A stretch of DNA of 64,000 nucleotides from an uncultured delta proteobacterium (GTDB lineage Bacteria > Myxococcota_A > Polyangia > Polyangiales > B10-G4). Positions 24,786 through 34,287 of the stretch are shown in pieces. The notes below the pieces were generated by a model. It made no database searches. It was not told the DNA's origin and saw only the letters and a list, made by a program, of their open reading frames with translations. Made by a program: the position numbers and the translations under genes. The stretch's first letter is position 1. Each line of letters starts with the position of its first letter. Where the stretch lies: assembly GCA_963727445.1 (NCBI GenBank), contig CAVSGI010000014.1:64001-128000 (forward strand), written 5' to 3'.

Positions 24786-25477
24786 ACCTTCGCCTGAGAG
24801 CACTCGTGCTCTGCGGCTTCCTCGCCGGCTGCGGAGCTCGTCAGAACCCCGAGACGGAAGAGCCCCCGCCCGTCGATCCCGTGGACGACGTCGAGGCGAC
24901 GGTGCTCTTTCGGCAGGGCGTCGAGCTCGCGCACGGCGGCGATCTGACGCGGGCCGAGCAGTACATCGGCGCCGCGATGGTCCGCGGATACCCAAGGGAC
25001 CGGGCGCTCCCGGTGTTGATGAGGGTGTGCATCGCCGCTTCGCGGCTGCGCGTGGCCATCGGCTACGCCGAGCCCTACCTCGCCGAGAACCCCCGCAACT
25101 GGTCGCTCCGTCTCGTGGTGGGCTCGCTCTACCTCAGCCTGGATGAGCCGGTGAAGGCGCGGCGCCACCTCGAGGCCGTGATCCACCAGAAGCCCGACGA
25201 GCCCGAGGCGTATTACTTGATGGGCCTGTTGATGCGAGACGAAGTGGGCGACCCCGACGCCGCGCACGACAACTTCGCGCGCTACCTCGAGCTCGCGCCG
25301 GAGGGGCAGCACCAGGAGGAGGCGTCCTACGCCCTGTCGACGCTGCGGATCGCGGTCCACCACGCTCCCGGCGCCGCCACCGGGGAGGAAGACGAGGACA
25401 CCGAAACCAACGCGCGCCCGAACGCGGACGACGACGCCGAGACCGAGAGCGAGACCGAGACCGAGGACCAGCCATGA
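24782..25477 (+). CDS. TPR lipoprotein (TadD/pilotin-like)
   Basis: Lipobox LAGC-G; TPR repeats (PEAYYLMG, YLELAPEG). Confidence 0.75.
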   Translation: MNLRLRALVLCGFLAGCGARQNPETEEPPPVDPVDDVEATVLFRQGVELAHGGDLTRAEQYIGAAMVRGYPRDRALPVLMRVCIAASRLRVAIGYAEPYLAENPRNWSLRLVVGSLYLSLDEPVKARRHLEAVIHQKPDEPEAYYLMGLLMRDEVGDPDAAHDNFARYLELAPEGQHQEEASYALSTLRIAVHHAPGAATGEEDEDTETNARPNADDDAETESETETEDQP

Positions 25478-26605
25478 CGATCCCGCGCGAAGTATTCGAG
25501 CAGACGGTGCTGTCGTTCTTCGGGCCCATCCGTCCCTTCCTCGACGACCCGACGGTCAGCGAGGTGATGATCAACGGCTACAACGAGATCTGCGATCGAA
25601 CGGAAGGGCAGACTCCACCGCACCGACGCGCGCTTTTCCAACCTGGAGGCGCTCGTCTCGGCGATACGCAACCTCGCGCAATTCGTCGGCCGTCACGTAG
25701 ACGAGCACCGCCCGATCCTCGAGGCGCGCCTGCCCGACGGATCCCGCGTCGAGGCCATCCTCCCACCGGCCTCCCCCGACGGTCCCAGCGTCGCCATCCG
25801 TCGCTTCTTTCGCGAGACCCTCACGATCGAGCGCCTGATCAACTTCGGCTCGGTCACCGGCGACGCGGCCGGCTGCCTGCAAGCCCTCGTGGCCGCGAAG
25901 AACAACGTCATCGTGGCGGGAGGCACCGGCTCTGGAAAGACCTCGCTCCTCAACGTGCTCTCGGGTTTCATCGGTGACGGAGAGCGGATCGTGGTCATCG
26001 AGGACTCGCGCGAGCTACAGCTCCAAAAGCCCCACGTGGTCATGCTCGAGGCCCGCCCCCCGGACGCGAAGGGCCGGGGCAAAGTGAGCATCCGCGATCT
26101 CTTCAAGGCGACGCTGCGCATGCGCCCCGACCGGATCGTGGTCGGTGAGATCCGAAGCGGCGAGGCGCTCGATCTCGTACAGGCCATGACGTCCGGCCAC
26201 GGCGGCGCCCTCTGCACCGTTCACGCGACCTACCCCATCGACACCATGAACCGCCTCGAGACGATGGCGATGATGAGCGACGTGGAGATCCCGCTCTACG
26301 CGCTGCGCGCGCAGGTGGGCTCTGCAGTGGACATCGTCGTGCAGACCTCCCGCCTCCAAGACGGGTCGCGCTGTATCACCCACATCACGCAGGTCGTGGG
26401 CTACGATCAGGAAAAGGGCTACCTGCTGGAAGACCTCTTCATCCGGCGCTACACCGGTCGTGATCCAGAGGGCCGCGTGCTCAGCGACTTCCGCCCCACG
26501 GGAAATCTGCCGCGCTCCCTCGAGATGATCCGCGCCATGGGAATGGAGCTGCCGCCGAGCATGTACGACGCCCACGAACGCCTGAAGGCGGGTCATCACC
26601 CGTGA
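25474..26605 (+). CDS. Second, short CpaF-family ATPase (~376 aa); apparent frameshift at ~25593
   Basis: GPIRPFLDDPTVSEVMING; after removing one base: [54 protein letters not shown]. Confidence 0.88.
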
Positions 26606-28134
26606 GCTGGGTCAAGCTCCAGCTGACCCGCGGGAGCTCCGGCGGCCAAGAGTGGCAGGTCGACGCGTCGGCCGCGGGCGCGCGCATCGAGGTGGGCACG
26701 GATCCCGAGTGCAGCTGGGTGGTGCAGGCGCCGGGTGTGGCGCCGAAGCACCTCGAGATCTATTGGGATGGAGAGGTGCTGTGGGTCGCGCGGATCCACG
26801 GAGCGGGCGAGGTTCGGGTCGACGGGTTGATGGTCGACGACTGGTACGCGACCGCCAAGGGGTCGATGATCCGTTTCGGCGAGGCCGAGATGCGCGTGGA
26901 CGCAGGCGCGGCCGCGCTCGACACCTCGGGTGTCGCCAACCGCGATCGTGAGACGGCGCGGATCGCGGGCCCCGACGCGCACGCCGAAGCCAAGACCCGC
27001 ATGGCGTCTCCCTCTGCGGCGGCGCGCGGCGAGTCGCCCTCGCTCCCCGACGGACCCACGGCCATCCTCGCGACCCCCGAGAGCAAGCACGACCCCCACA
27101 TCGCCGCCGCCGCGACACAGATCGTGAAACCGGCCGCTCCCAGACAAGGCGATGACGATGCCGCAGGCCGCATCGCCGCTTTCGAAGCACAGATGCGCGC
27201 CGGAGGCGGGCCTGGTCACGGCGACGATCCGGCTCCCCTCCCCTCCGGGCAGGCGACGCAGCTCGTCGCGCTGCCCGACGCGCCTGGTGCGCCCGCCGCC
27301 CCCACCGGACGACGTCCTCCTCCACCCCGAATCGGCGCCAACGTCTCGCGCGTGGAGCGTGAGCCGACGCCCGTCCCCCCTCAGCCCGCGCCCGTCCCAA
27401 GCGCCGAGACCCCGAGCGTGATCGTCGGCAACGTGGAGCCGTCACAGCCCAACGCGGCCGGGCCCGCGGATCAGAGCGGCCCTGCCCCGGCGGCCGACAA
27501 CCCCTTCGCGGCACCGCCGGTCGACGATCGAAAGAGTCGCAGGGAGCGCCGACGCGCCAGGGGCGAGAAGGCCACCTCGCTGCCGATCCGAACGTGGCTC
27601 TTGTTGGTGGCCACTGTCGGCGCGCTCCTCTTCGTCCTCTTCATGGACGACGAGGAAGAAGCGGTGCCCACCCCGCCCGACGCCGGCCAAGAGGCGCAGG
27701 CGGGGGACAGCGGGAGCGGGAACGGGAGCGAGAGCGGGAACGGGAACGGGAACGGGAGCGGGAACGAGAACGGGAGCGAGAACGGGAACGAGAGCGAGAG
27801 CGAGAACGGGAGCGAGAACGGGAACGGGAACGAGAACGGGAGCGAGAGCGAGAGCGAGAACGGGAGCGAGAACGAGAGCGGGAACGAGAGCGAGGGCGAG
27901 AACGAGGGCGAGGGCGAGGGCGAGGTAGAGGACGGCGCGCTCGTGCGGCGCGCGGTCGATGCGCTGGTCGCCAACCGCCAGCGGGAGGCCTATGACCTCT
28001 ACGGTCGCCTCGCCGACGAGCACCCCGACGTGCCCGCCTACGAGGCGATCCACGACATTCTCCGGCGGCGGCTCCAAGCTTCATGCACCGACGGTGTCGA
28101 TCTGCAGGGCAACCCGTGCGAGGAGGTCGAATGA
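26602..28134 (+). CDS. FHA-like domain / disordered linker / TM / low-complexity periplasmic protein
   Basis: EVGT..GVAPKH..VRVDG..IRFG N-terminus, Pro/Ala linker, TM (WLLLVATVGALLFVLF), GNGSEN repeats; GTGA overlap. Confidence 0.7.
   Translation: MSWVKLQLTRGSSGGQEWQVDASAAGARIEVGTDPECSWVVQAPGVAPKHLEIYWDGEVLWVARIHGAGEVRVDGLMVDDWYATAKGSMIRFGEAEMRVDAGAAALDTSGVANRDRETARIAGPDAHAEAKTRMASPSAAARGESPSLPDGPTAILATPESKHDPHIAAAATQIVKPAAPRQGDDDAAGRIAAFEAQMRAGGGPGHGDDPAPLPSGQATQLVALPDAPGAPAAPTGRRPPPPRIGANVSRVEREPTPVPPQPAPVPSAETPSVIVGNVEPSQPNAAGPADQSGPAPAADNPFAAPPVDDRKSRRERRRARGEKATSLPIRTWLLLVATVGALLFVLFMDDEEEAVPTPPDAGQEAQAGDSGSGNGSESGNGNGNGSGNENGSENGNESESENGSENGNGNENGSESESENGSENESGNESEGENEGEGEGEVEDGALVRRAVDALVANRQREAYDLYGRLADEHPDVPAYEAIHDILRRRLQASCTDGVDLQGNPCEEVE
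27710..27925 (+). repeat. Hexamer tandem repeat (GGGAAC/GAGAAC/GAGAGC/GGGAGC) encoding a G/N/S/E linker
   Basis: Directly visible, about 36 units. Confidence 0.95.
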
Positions 28135-28829
28135 AGCAGAAGTGGCTCGTGCTCGGAATCGCGGCGTTCGGTCTGTTGGCCTGCGCCTGCGAGGAACCGA
28201 AGCCCCTGCCCCAGTTTCGGGTGACCTTCATCGCCGAATCCGATGGGGAGCCGCTCTCCAACGTGCGGGTGGTGGCCGACGGTCAGGTGCTGGGCGAGAC
28301 CGGAGAGAACGGCGAGCTCGGCGTGGAGATCACCGGGCGCGAAGGCCAGGCCATGGCGGTCAATGCGCAATGCCCGGAAGGTCATCGCGCGCCGGAGCAA
28401 CTGCCCCTGCTCACCCTCCGCACCTTCCAGGGTCTGGGCGAGGAAGCGCGCCAGCGCGGCATCGAGATGACCATCTCCTGCCCGCCCGCGGAGCGGAGCG
28501 CAGCGGTGGTGATCCGTGCGCTCAATCAGGACGATGAGCCGGTGCCCGACCTTCCCGTGAAGGTGCGCGGTCAGGAGCTCGCCCGGACCGACGAATCGGG
28601 CGTCGCACACCTCTCCTTTTCCCTTCGCCCGAACAGCACCTTCCGCGTGCTCCTCGACACCGAGGGTCTCGACGACATCCGGCCTCAGAACCCGGGGACT
28701 ACCTTCACCGTGCCCGACTCCGACGAGTACTTCGTCATGAATCAGACCTTCCACGTTCAGCGCCGCCGGCGTCGGCGTCGCCGGGTGGTCGCCCCCATGG
28801 CTCCACCGATGCCGATGCGGATCGACTGA
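28131..28829 (+). CDS. Lipoprotein with two beta-sandwich (carboxypeptidase-regulatory-like) repeats
   Basis: Lipobox LLAC; GEPLSNVRV..GETGENG and EPVPDLPV..RTDESG repeats; Arg/Pro tail. Confidence 0.65.
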   Translation: MKQKWLVLGIAAFGLLACACEEPKPLPQFRVTFIAESDGEPLSNVRVVADGQVLGETGENGELGVEITGREGQAMAVNAQCPEGHRAPEQLPLLTLRTFQGLGEEARQRGIEMTISCPPAERSAAVVIRALNQDDEPVPDLPVKVRGQELARTDESGVAHLSFSLRPNSTFRVLLDTEGLDDIRPQNPGTTFTVPDSDEYFVMNQTFHVQRRRRRRRRVVAPMAPPMPMRID

Positions 28830-29472
28830 CGCGCGCATAGGAGCGGTCTCGATCGGCACGAATGTCGGCGAGCACCGCCTCGACGTGCTCCACGCCCACC
28901 TCGCGCACCTTGTCACGGTTGTCCGACGCCACCCGCTCGTGGAGCGGCACGCGAGTGATCAGCTCGGGGAGCTCTCCCCGCGCGAGCATGGCCGGATCGA
29001 CGTACCCCGTGCCGGCCTGCTCACGGCCGCGCAGCCGCCGAAGCGTCTCGAGGCGGACGAGTTGAATCGTGGGATCGGGGCTGCGCCGAATGAAGGGCAC
29101 CAGTCGGGCGGGATCACCGAGGTCGGCCGCAGCGTCCGGATGAAACGCGGCCATCGCCAGCGGCACCTCGCCGGTCGGCCAGCGCGCGTCGTCGGCGTTT
29201 CCGAGCTCCCGCACCAGACGTCCCCACTCTTCGCGCGTGACCTCGAGGCGCGGATGGATCAGAAGTCCGATGTCCACGTCGGGGTCTTCGGCCATCCGCC
29301 GCACTGCCGCGAGCTCCTCGTCCAGGTCGAAGACCGGCGCCGGCATGACCAGGGGCTTCACCCGCCCCTCCTCTCGCGCGTGCGCGGCCCAGGGGCAGAA
29401 GCCGAATCCCTCGACCACTTCGAGCTGATATCGACGATAGATGCGCAGCGCCTCGGTGGTCAGCGGATCCAC
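28735..29472 (-). CDS. DUF1415-like protein
   Basis: GFCPWA, AFHP, RRSPDPTIQLVR motifs. Confidence 0.65.
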   Translation of the reverse strand: MDPLTTEALRIYRRYQLEVVEGFGFCPWAAHAREEGRVKPLVMPAPVFDLDEELAAVRRMAEDPDVDIGLLIHPRLEVTREEWGRLVRELGNADDARWPTGEVPLAMAAFHPDAAADLGDPARLVPFIRRSPDPTIQLVRLETLRRLRGREQAGTGYVDPAMLARGELPELITRVPLHERVASDNRDKVREVGVEHVEAVLADIRADRDRSYARVSRSASASVEPWGRPPGDADAGGAERGRSDS

Positions 29473-29507
29473 CGCGAGAGCCTACCATTCGGAGCGCTCC
29501 GAAGCTC

Positions 29508-30389
29508 TCAGCCCCGCGGGTGATAGCGCTCGTGCATGCGGCTCAGATGATCGCCGGTCACGTGGGTGTAGACCTGGGTGGTCGCGATGTCCGCATGGCC
29601 GAGCATGGTCTGCACTGCACGCAGGTCCGCCCCTCCGAGGAGCAGGTGGGTGGCGAACGAGTGCCGGAGCTTGTGCGGGCTGATCGACTTGGTGATTCCG
29701 GCGGCGGCGGCGTAGCGCTTCACCAGCTTCCAGAAGCCCTGACGGCTCATCCGTCGCCCCCGGCCCGTGACGAATACGGCGCTCTCGCTCGGCTTGGCCC
29801 ATCCGCCGCGCACCTCGGCGAGATAGCCGCGCGTCTTGTCCACCGCGACCTCGCCCAGGGGAACGATGCGGCGCTTCTGTCCCTTGCCGAAGGCGGCGAC
29901 GAAGCCCGCCTCGAGGTTGAGATCGCCGAGCTCGAGATTCACGAGCTCCGAAACGCGGAGGCCGGCGGCATACATGACCGCGAGCATGGCGGCGTCGCGC
30001 GCGCCGCGCCGTGTGGACTCGTCCGGCGCGTCGAGCAGCCGCACGACCTCGGCTCGTGAGAGCACCGCCGGCAGGCGGCGCGACAGCTTCGGCCCTTCCA
30101 CCAGGTCCGTCGGATCGCGCTTCAGCTCTTTCTCCGACAGGCAGTACTTGAAGAACCCCCGAAGCGACGAGAGGTAACGCGCCTGCGAGCGCGCCGAGAG
30201 GCCCGCCTTCGAGAGCGAAACCAGAAATGCCGCGATCGTCCCGGCGTCGGCGTCTTCGAGCGCCACCCCCGTCTTCTCGAGGAGCGCCGCAAAGCGCGCC
30301 AGATCGCGCGCGTAGGCTTCGACAGTCTTCGGCGCGAGCCCCCGCTCGACCTTGAGGTGCCCGAGGTAGAGGTCGACGAGGAGGTCCAC
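29508..30389 (-). CDS. xerD: Site-specific tyrosine recombinase XerD
   Basis: VERGLAPKTVEAYARDL, YAAGLRVSEL, GKGQKRR, SPHKLRHSFATHLL, LGHADIATTQVYT. Confidence 0.93.
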   Translation of the reverse strand: MDLLVDLYLGHLKVERGLAPKTVEAYARDLARFAALLEKTGVALEDADAGTIAAFLVSLSKAGLSARSQARYLSSLRGFFKYCLSEKELKRDPTDLVEGPKLSRRLPAVLSRAEVVRLLDAPDESTRRGARDAAMLAVMYAAGLRVSELVNLELGDLNLEAGFVAAFGKGQKRRIVPLGEVAVDKTRGYLAEVRGGWAKPSESAVFVTGRGRRMSRQGFWKLVKRYAAAAGITKSISPHKLRHSFATHLLLGGADLRAVQTMLGHADIATTQVYTHVTGDHLSRMHERYHPRG

Positions 30390-30436
30390 CGGGTAGAGGT
30401 AGCACGCGCTTGGGCCGATCCCGGAAAAAGCGCCGC

Positions 30437-33170
30437 TCAGAAGAACTGGTCGAAGGAGATGTAGAGCCCGAAGGGCAGCCGCTCGCTGTTGCGCCGACCG
30501 TCGCTGCCGATCCCGTTCGGGTCGCGGAAGGGCACGCCCACGTCGATGGACATGACCCCGGGTTGAACGCCGGCGTATGTGTAGTGCAGGCGAAGCCCGA
30601 GGCCGACCTCTGCCGCGAAACGCAGGGCACCGCTGGGCAAACCGGTGTCGTCGATCACCGAGTCGATGGTCATGCCGCCGCCCGCCCAGACCGCGGTCTG
30701 GATCTCGCGAAGCCACGCCACGTGCGCGATGTTCCAGCGCAGATCGCGGATGGGCGTATAGCGAAACTCGCTCACCGCGTAGAGCTTGCCCCGCCCCACG
30801 AGCTCGCGCGTCTCGTAGGCACGCAGCAGAAAGCGCCCCCCCAGCTGCTGGAGCTCACCCGGCAGGGCGTCGCCGAAGGTCCAGCCGCCGCCGGCGACGA
30901 TGAGGAGCATCGCGAGCTGTCCCAGGGTGAAGGTGTGGCTGCCGCGCAGGTTCAGGCTGCCGGTGACGCCGAAGGTCGAGTTGTCGCGGAAGACTCCGCC
31001 CACCCGTCCGTTGAGCGAGAGCGACGAGCCCTCGCGGGGATCGACGAAGTACGCGCGCGTGTCGAAGCCAGCGCTCGCGATCAGCGAAACGCGCCAGCCG
31101 CCGACGCCTGCTTCGACGAAGTCCTCGCGCACTCGGTCGAAGTTGAAGCCCGCGGTGATCGAACCGATGCGCGCGTTGTTCGTGCGCTTGGGCCCGAGCC
31201 CGCGAAAGTAGCGTGCGGTGCCGCCGGTCGTGCTCGAGAGATGAGAGAGCGTGAAGAGGAACGCCTCCTCGAGGTCCCACTTGCGCCGCACGGCGAAGCT
31301 CAAGAAGCCGAAGACGTGCCCCTCCGAGAGCGCGAGGTTCAAGCCGAAGCCCGTGAGCAGCGGCGGCCGGAAGGGCTTGCTGGTGGCGTCGTCTCCGCGC
31401 ACGTTGCCAGGAGCGATCTGTGGCGATTGGGTCAGACGGCCGCGGGGATCGACCCAGACGTCGTCGATGGGCGCTGGCATGTGCGCCTCCACCACCCCGC
31501 GGTGCCCCGGAGCATCCCAGACGACGATCTCTTCGTTTCCCTCGTCGTCTTCGATCAGCACTTCGACTGGCTCTCGCCGATCGGCGCCATCGCGAAAGAC
31601 CTCGACGCGGTTGATGTATCCGCCGCCCGGCGCCGGCTCGGAGCTGAGCTCGCCATAGCGATAGTTCACCAGCAGGTTCGGCGTGTCGAGCCAGGTCGGC
31701 AGCCGCTCGGCCGCAGCGGGGCTCACCTCTTCGAGGATCGCCCGCACCGAGCGCCGCGCCTCGAGGATCTGCCGCGTGAAGGATTCGAACTCCTCGTCGG
31801 TGAGCGCGTCACGCGCGCTCTCGAGGATGCGGCGCCCGCGCGCGATCGCACGCCGCGACCATCCCGGGTCGTCCCGAAAGGGATCGGGCTCGTCGATGGA
31901 GCCGAAGAAGGTCTCGACGTACTGCACCTGCGCGGCATAGAGAAGCGCGTCGACCGAAGGGTGGAAGGCGGCGAAGCCCACCAGCTCTTGTGGGGTCATC
32001 GCCGCGCCGTTGCGCCGCGCGTCATCGACGTCGATCAGGAAGACCGCACGGAGATCGTCCACCCAGCTCCGGTCGATCGGCGCCTCGGTGTCGGCAGAGA
32101 GCGGTGCCACGAGCTGGCGAAAGACGCCCCGGCGAAATGCGCGCTGGTGAAACTCGAGCGACACGTCGAGGGGAAAGATCTCGTAGATGTTGTCGGAGCA
32201 GAGGATCACCCCGGGAGCGGTGGCCACGAGCTCCACCCGCGAAGGCACCATGGCCACCACCAGATCGCGCTGGCGGTAACGCACCTCGGCCTTTTCGAGG
32301 GTCGCCTGGACGTCTTCGAGGGCGTCGCCCATGTGCTGGCCGACGTCGATGCGGAGGAGGTCGTCGAGCCCCTCGAGGCCGGTGACCTCCGGTCCGGGCT
32401 CCTGGTACAGGGGTGACGGCGAATAGATGGTGAGCCTGAGCCCGGCCCGCTCCACGACCTGGCGGTAGAGTGTGGGGGCTGCCACCACCGGCACGAAGGG
32501 AACGTTCTTCTGGAGATAGCTGCCCGGCGCGACCCGCTCGCCGCCCACCAGCAGATCCAGCGGCGCCGTGGTGTCGATGCGAACGCGGTGGGGGACGTCG
32601 AAGCGAAAGGCGTCGCCGTCGACGACCAGCGGATACCAGGGTGCGGTCATGGTGAGGCGATCGCCCACCGTTCCCATCCGCCCGAAGCGGTCCGGCAAGC
32701 GGTTCACGAAGCGCATTCGAACCTGGACCGGACGCCTCGGACCCGCCCTCACCGGCACGATCGAGATCGGCCCCCATGAAGTCGCGGCCGCGTGCGCTGC
32801 CCGGTGGGCTTCGCTCGATTCGCGTCTCGGTCGCCTGCCCATCGACGCGGACGTCGGACACTTCGATCCCTCCCTCGCTGACCTCGCCGGGATAGATCCA
32901 CCGCCCGTTCATCTCGCTCATCGTGGTCGGGGGTACGGCATTGCGATCCGGATACAGCCAGAAGTGGATCTCCTCCTCGCCCTCCCCGACCCATACCTCG
33001 GTGTGCATCGCACCCACGACCACCCCGTCTTCCACGTGGATACGCGCGTTCACCGCGTAGGAAATCGGCTCGTTCGCGTACGAAACACCCACCTTCCCAA
33101 ACGTCACGACAATCGCGATCAGGAGTGTACGGATGACGCAGTGCGTTCGTTGCTGGGCTTTGGACCCCAT
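30437..33170 (-). CDS. ~910 aa exported protein: M1-aminopeptidase-like N-terminal region fused to Omp85/BamA-like beta-barrel; apparent frameshift at ~32763
   Basis: Signal peptide; FWLYP, RLPDRFG, WYP, VDP patterns; C-terminal LGG..LRAY, VGLGLR, IDVGVP, terminal YISFDQFF. Confidence 0.6.
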
Positions 33171-33205
33171 GCTACCTTTTCGATAGCTCCGGACCGTTCC
33201 CCAAC

Positions 33206-33421
33206 ATGCCGTTCAACATCGACCCGAGCGCGGTGCTGGCGGTGGTGATCATCGGGGGCGGCGCGGTATTGATCGTTCGAATGGTCGCCGATTTCGCGCG
33301 ACGGCGCGTCCAAAAAAGGACGCGCGAGATTTTGACATCCACCCGAACGAAGAGCCGACCGGCCAGAGCACAGAGCGGCGCGAAGAGCGACGCGAAGACG
33401 ACGGCCGAGAGTGTGGAATGA
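33206..33421 (+). CDS. Small single-TM hypothetical protein
   Basis: Hydrophobic helix followed by basic tail; fills the gap before the next gene. Confidence 0.45.
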   Translation: MPFNIDPSAVLAVVIIGGGAVLIVRMVADFARRRVQKRTREILTSTRTKSRPARAQSGAKSDAKTTAESVE

Positions 33422-33482
33422 GCCCACCTCCCCAATGGTCGTATGAGACACAGAGCGAGAAGGGAACCGGGACAACGAGAAC

Positions 33483-34283
33483 ATGGGACGTCTACTGGGA
33501 TACATGGCGAATCGGACCGACCGCCTGCGCGACGCGCTTCATCAGGAGCGTGACGTCATCCGGCTGCCTCCGTCCGACGCCCCCGCTGGCTGGGGTCTCG
33601 GGTTCTATCAAGGCGGTGAGGTGCTCCACAAAAAGCGCCCGCTCCTCGAGGGCAGCCTCGACTGGGCGACCGCCGCCGGCGACGTGCGCTCCGACTGCGT
33701 GGTCATTCACCAGCGGCACGCGACGGTAGGTGACTTCCGGGTCGAGAACACCCACCCCTTCCGGATGCGCTCCTGGCTCTTCGCGCATGCCGGCACCATC
33801 GACCGCTTCGACGCCATCCGGCCGCGTCTGCTCGAGACCATGCCGGACTTCATCCGGCGCAACGTCCGGGGTCAGACCGACAGCGAGCACTTCTTCCACG
33901 TGGTGCTCTCCTTCCTCCACGACGCGGGGCAGCTCGGGCGCTCCGACGCCAACGACAAGGCCGTCCTGAGCGCGCTGCGCTCCACGGTCCGCCTCGTCGA
34001 CCGCCTCTCCAAAGAGGTGGGCGCCCAGCCCGCGACGCTCAACAGCATCCTGACCAACGGCCGCTCGATGTTCGCGATCCGCCGGGGCCACCCGCTCAAG
34101 TACGTCGAGCGCTCGGGCATCCACGATCCCGCAGAAGACGACGAGCAGCGCAGCAAGGGGAACGTGCGCTACGTGCTCCTGGTGAGCGACGGGCCGGAAG
34201 TCCCCTCACCCTACGTCGAGGTCCCCGAGGATTCGGTCGCCCTCGTCGATCGAGACCTGTCGGTCACCGTCTACGCGCTCTGA
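33483..34283 (+). CDS. Class II glutamine amidotransferase-like protein (YafJ/EgtC family) lacking catalytic Cys
   Basis: GWGLGFY, HQRHATVG, NTHPF, GQTDSE; N-terminus MGRLLG and HAG in place of HNG. Confidence 0.85.
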   Translation: MGRLLGYMANRTDRLRDALHQERDVIRLPPSDAPAGWGLGFYQGGEVLHKKRPLLEGSLDWATAAGDVRSDCVVIHQRHATVGDFRVENTHPFRMRSWLFAHAGTIDRFDAIRPRLLETMPDFIRRNVRGQTDSEHFFHVVLSFLHDAGQLGRSDANDKAVLSALRSTVRLVDRLSKEVGAQPATLNSILTNGRSMFAIRRGHPLKYVERSGIHDPAEDDEQRSKGNVRYVLLVSDGPEVPSPYVEVPEDSVALVDRDLSVTVYAL

Positions 34284-34287
34284 TTCC

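Noticed and set aside
25474..26605. Conjugative VirB11/TrbB ATPase
   Set aside because: No other T4SS genes; it is translationally coupled within the Tad operon and has CpaF-type motifs
27471..28261. Poly-ER, poly-RS and poly-FP/SL ORFs
   Set aside because: Alternative frames of the hexamer repeat inside the 26602..28134 gene
29508..30389. Prophage/island integrase bounding the Tad locus
   Set aside because: Motifs match housekeeping XerD; no att repeats, tRNA or phage genes, and no obvious composition shift
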